Shown here one piece after another: positions 61,629 to 64,000 of a stretch of 64,000 nucleotides of DNA. The notes under the pieces are model-generated. The model worked only from the letters and a program-made list of their open reading frames with translations, had not been told where the DNA came from and did not search any database. Within the stretch, counting starts at the first letter, position 1. Each line of letters begins with the position of its first letter. Source of the stretch: Octopus sinensis (lineage: Eukaryota). The stretch is from contig NC_042997.1 in the NCBI RefSeq assembly GCF_006345805.1, positions 162,998,001 to 163,062,000 of the forward strand. The letters are read 5' to 3'. The translations under genes were made by a program, and so were the position numbers.

Positions 61629-63785
61629 ATATAAAGATAGATATAGATACACACAGATATGCAGCCATGCATAAGACATGTTCAAAAATAACACCATCCA
61701 CTAATGTGGAGACTATACATACACACACCTACAAGTATATATTATTTATTTGCTCCCTTTTATACCAAGGTATTTTATTTTCCTATGCTAGCATAGGATG
61801 GATGGGTAGCTATTCCATTCATAAACCTGTTTTTTATTTATTTATCATTCATTCATTTTGCAAGGAAAGGACTTTTTATACCACTACTTTAACAGCACAG
61901 ATCTAGAGGAAATAATGTTCACTTGAAGTTAAACATGACAACATAGGTGTCGGTTTTTTTTTTGGAGGCAGGGTTGTTGTTTTGTTTTGTTGAGATACCA
62001 TTACATGAGAAGTAAAAATATCGACTTTTATGCAAGTACCCACATAGATATATGTATACAACATTACATATAAATTACATACACACACACACACAAATGT
62101 AGCTATATGGAAACTAATGTACTAAATCACATCATCGTCATCTAATGTCTGTTTTCCATGCTGGATAGTTCAACAGGAGCTGGTGAGCAAGACGAGTGCA
62201 CCAAGCTCCAATGTCTGCTTTGGCATGGTTTCTACAGCTTGATGCCCTTCCTAATGCCAACTGCTTTACAGAGGATACAGAGTGCTTTTTATGTGTACTG
62301 GCACTAGAGAGATTACCAAGTAACTTGCAAGGCAAGACCTCCTCAACTGAGAAAAGGGAGCAGTACTGAGGGAGGTGGCTTTAGGCCAGGTGATGAGAGG
62401 TTAGGAATGAAAGAGGGTGGCAGGGACAGGTGTTTTACTGTAGGGGATATAAATGGTTACCTCAGTTGGAAGAGGAGGAGGACGGTGGTGGTGAAGGTGT
62501 TTCAGGGCTACCCCTCAAGTTACAGAAAGACGAATAAAGAGAAGTGGTGTGGGAAGAGAAGTGGTGTGGGCAGATAAGTTTGTGGGAGAATGAAAGGTAA
62601 GCAGTGGTAGACCAACATACGTTTTTGTAATCTTCAACAGTTCACTAATTAACTCATTAGCAAAAAAAAAACAAAAAACTATTCTTATATAAATTGGCAT
62701 GAATTCAAGTAAAGTTTCTTGAGTGGTTATGAAAATCAACAATGGATAAACTGAAATGTAAAAGAGAAGAATTTCTGAAGGAGAATCCACACAATATTGA
62801 CCAGAATTAAATTCACTATAGAGTTTCTTAGACATACTTCATTGCAAAAAATTTCCCTGAGTGACCTATGTCCAGTTTTGGTTAACCATAGATATATAGA
62901 TATCAAATGTATATAGATGGCTGGATAACTGGACTTGTAGTCCCTCGAAATAGAAACTAATATTTATTAAGATAGGTCAGTATTTTACTTAATGCTGTTA
63001 TAAGTATAAATCTGTAAATTTTTCCTAGACTGCACACTAAGTAATGGAGAAAATATCTGGATTCACTAAATACAAAAGAATGTTGAAATAGACGAGGACT
63101 TGTCTTTTGATCTAGTTTTCAAATCGCTATCATTCCTACCACTGTCCTCCTCCTCTCTGTATCTCTCTCAATGTATGTCTCTCTCTATTCCACTATATGA
63201 AGGAGAGATAAAAGATTAAAGAGAGAGTGAAAGAGAAAGAAAACAGGGCTTGACATGACACAAATGTACCTCTTTCATCATCACCAATGTTCTCTATTTC
63301 TATCTATTCCACTAATCAAGAGAGACAGCCAGAGAAAAAGATTGATATGACTAATCCATTTCAACTGTCTTTCTACAGCTCCTTCCATGACAAACACTAG
63401 GGTGTAACTTGAGGGAGATTTAACAACTTTTTCAAAAAATAAGTATTACACAAATCTTCCCTGAGAGGTGACAATAATATATATGATTTTATCAGAGTTC
63501 CTTGTAAAGTTTCTGAATACAAGACATGGATATAGCCTCTGGGTGCACATGCAATTATGTTTAAGTTGAATATGTGTCCCCTTGTCTTGACATCATGAGC
63601 CTCATCAACTATATAAATGTTATTGTTTCAAATCTGCCATGAATGACATGTGTGGCCTACAGAAGATATTTACTTAGAAACAGGTTAGGGTTGGTAACAC
63701 GAAAGGCATTCAGCTGTAGAAATTCTACCTCAATGAATTCTAACTGACCCATGCCAGCATGGATAAGTTAACATTAAAATGATGA

Positions 63786-64000
63786 TATATATATATACAT
63801 ATATATATATATACACATATATATATATAATACACATATATATATTACACACATATATATACACACATATATATATACACACACATATATATACACATAT
63901 ATATATACCACATATATATATACACATATATATACACAATATATATATACATATATATATATACACATATATATATATATAATATACACATATATATATA
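63786..64000. repeat. Compound (TA)n/(TACA)n microsatellite
   Basis: Directly visible. Other microsatellites lie at 83-110, 22262-22297, 37337-37397, 43078-43143, 49710-49772, 50398-50487, 57551-57584, 57745-57783 and 61588-61632. Confidence 0.97.

Noticed and set aside
62515-62835. 106-aa minus-strand ORF as a possible first RalGPS exon
   Set aside because: It has no recognisable motif, no convincing donor in a compatible phase and no CpG-rich promoter nearby, so the gene start remains unidentified.
63730-63989. ORFs here and at 13975-14362, 16068-16561, 20749-21052, 48308-48558, 50246-50558 and 57633-57845
   Set aside because: They are translations of microsatellite or low-complexity DNA. 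Most other short ORFs in the track fall in SINEs or AT-rich intron.

Overview
This is AT-rich, repeat-dense eukaryotic DNA. The SINE, MITE and microsatellite families look like those of Octopus, which is an inference from repeat style. Essentially the whole window lies inside one minus-strand gene, a RalGPS-family Ral guanine-nucleotide exchange factor (CDC25/RasGEF domain, no REM domain). I could join nine GT-AG exons in frame by hand: 41843-41928, 32892-33021, 28749-28862, 25053-25103, 17891-17974, 12029-12118, 11381-11473, 4695-4818 and 3410-3541. They give (LKYTSV)MCLDCVDGEVGDVDCICYMNLPRWEGKKMNIPHR...[75 protein letters not shown]...[21 protein letters not shown]...[16 protein letters not shown]. 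The gene continues past the left edge, and its first exon and promoter are not identified. The introns hold a near-full-length dead mariner, a DD37D maT fragment, a both-ends-intact deleted Helitron, Penelope-like fragments with hammerhead-like motifs, RTE and jockey/CR1-type LINE remnants, piggyBac-, hAT- and Tc1-type MITEs, and several SINE families. The most interesting observations are a candidate 6-nt microexon, a candidate 51-nt in-frame cassette exon, a variant hammerhead ribozyme, the Helitron with STPR-like repeats, a triple nested insertion, a 103-bp-arm foldback element, and a near-perfect ~315-bp duplication bracketing an unknown repeat. Almost all ORFs in the supplied track are spurious. 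I found no prokaryotic systems or CRISPR arrays and cannot claim a wholly new biological system.
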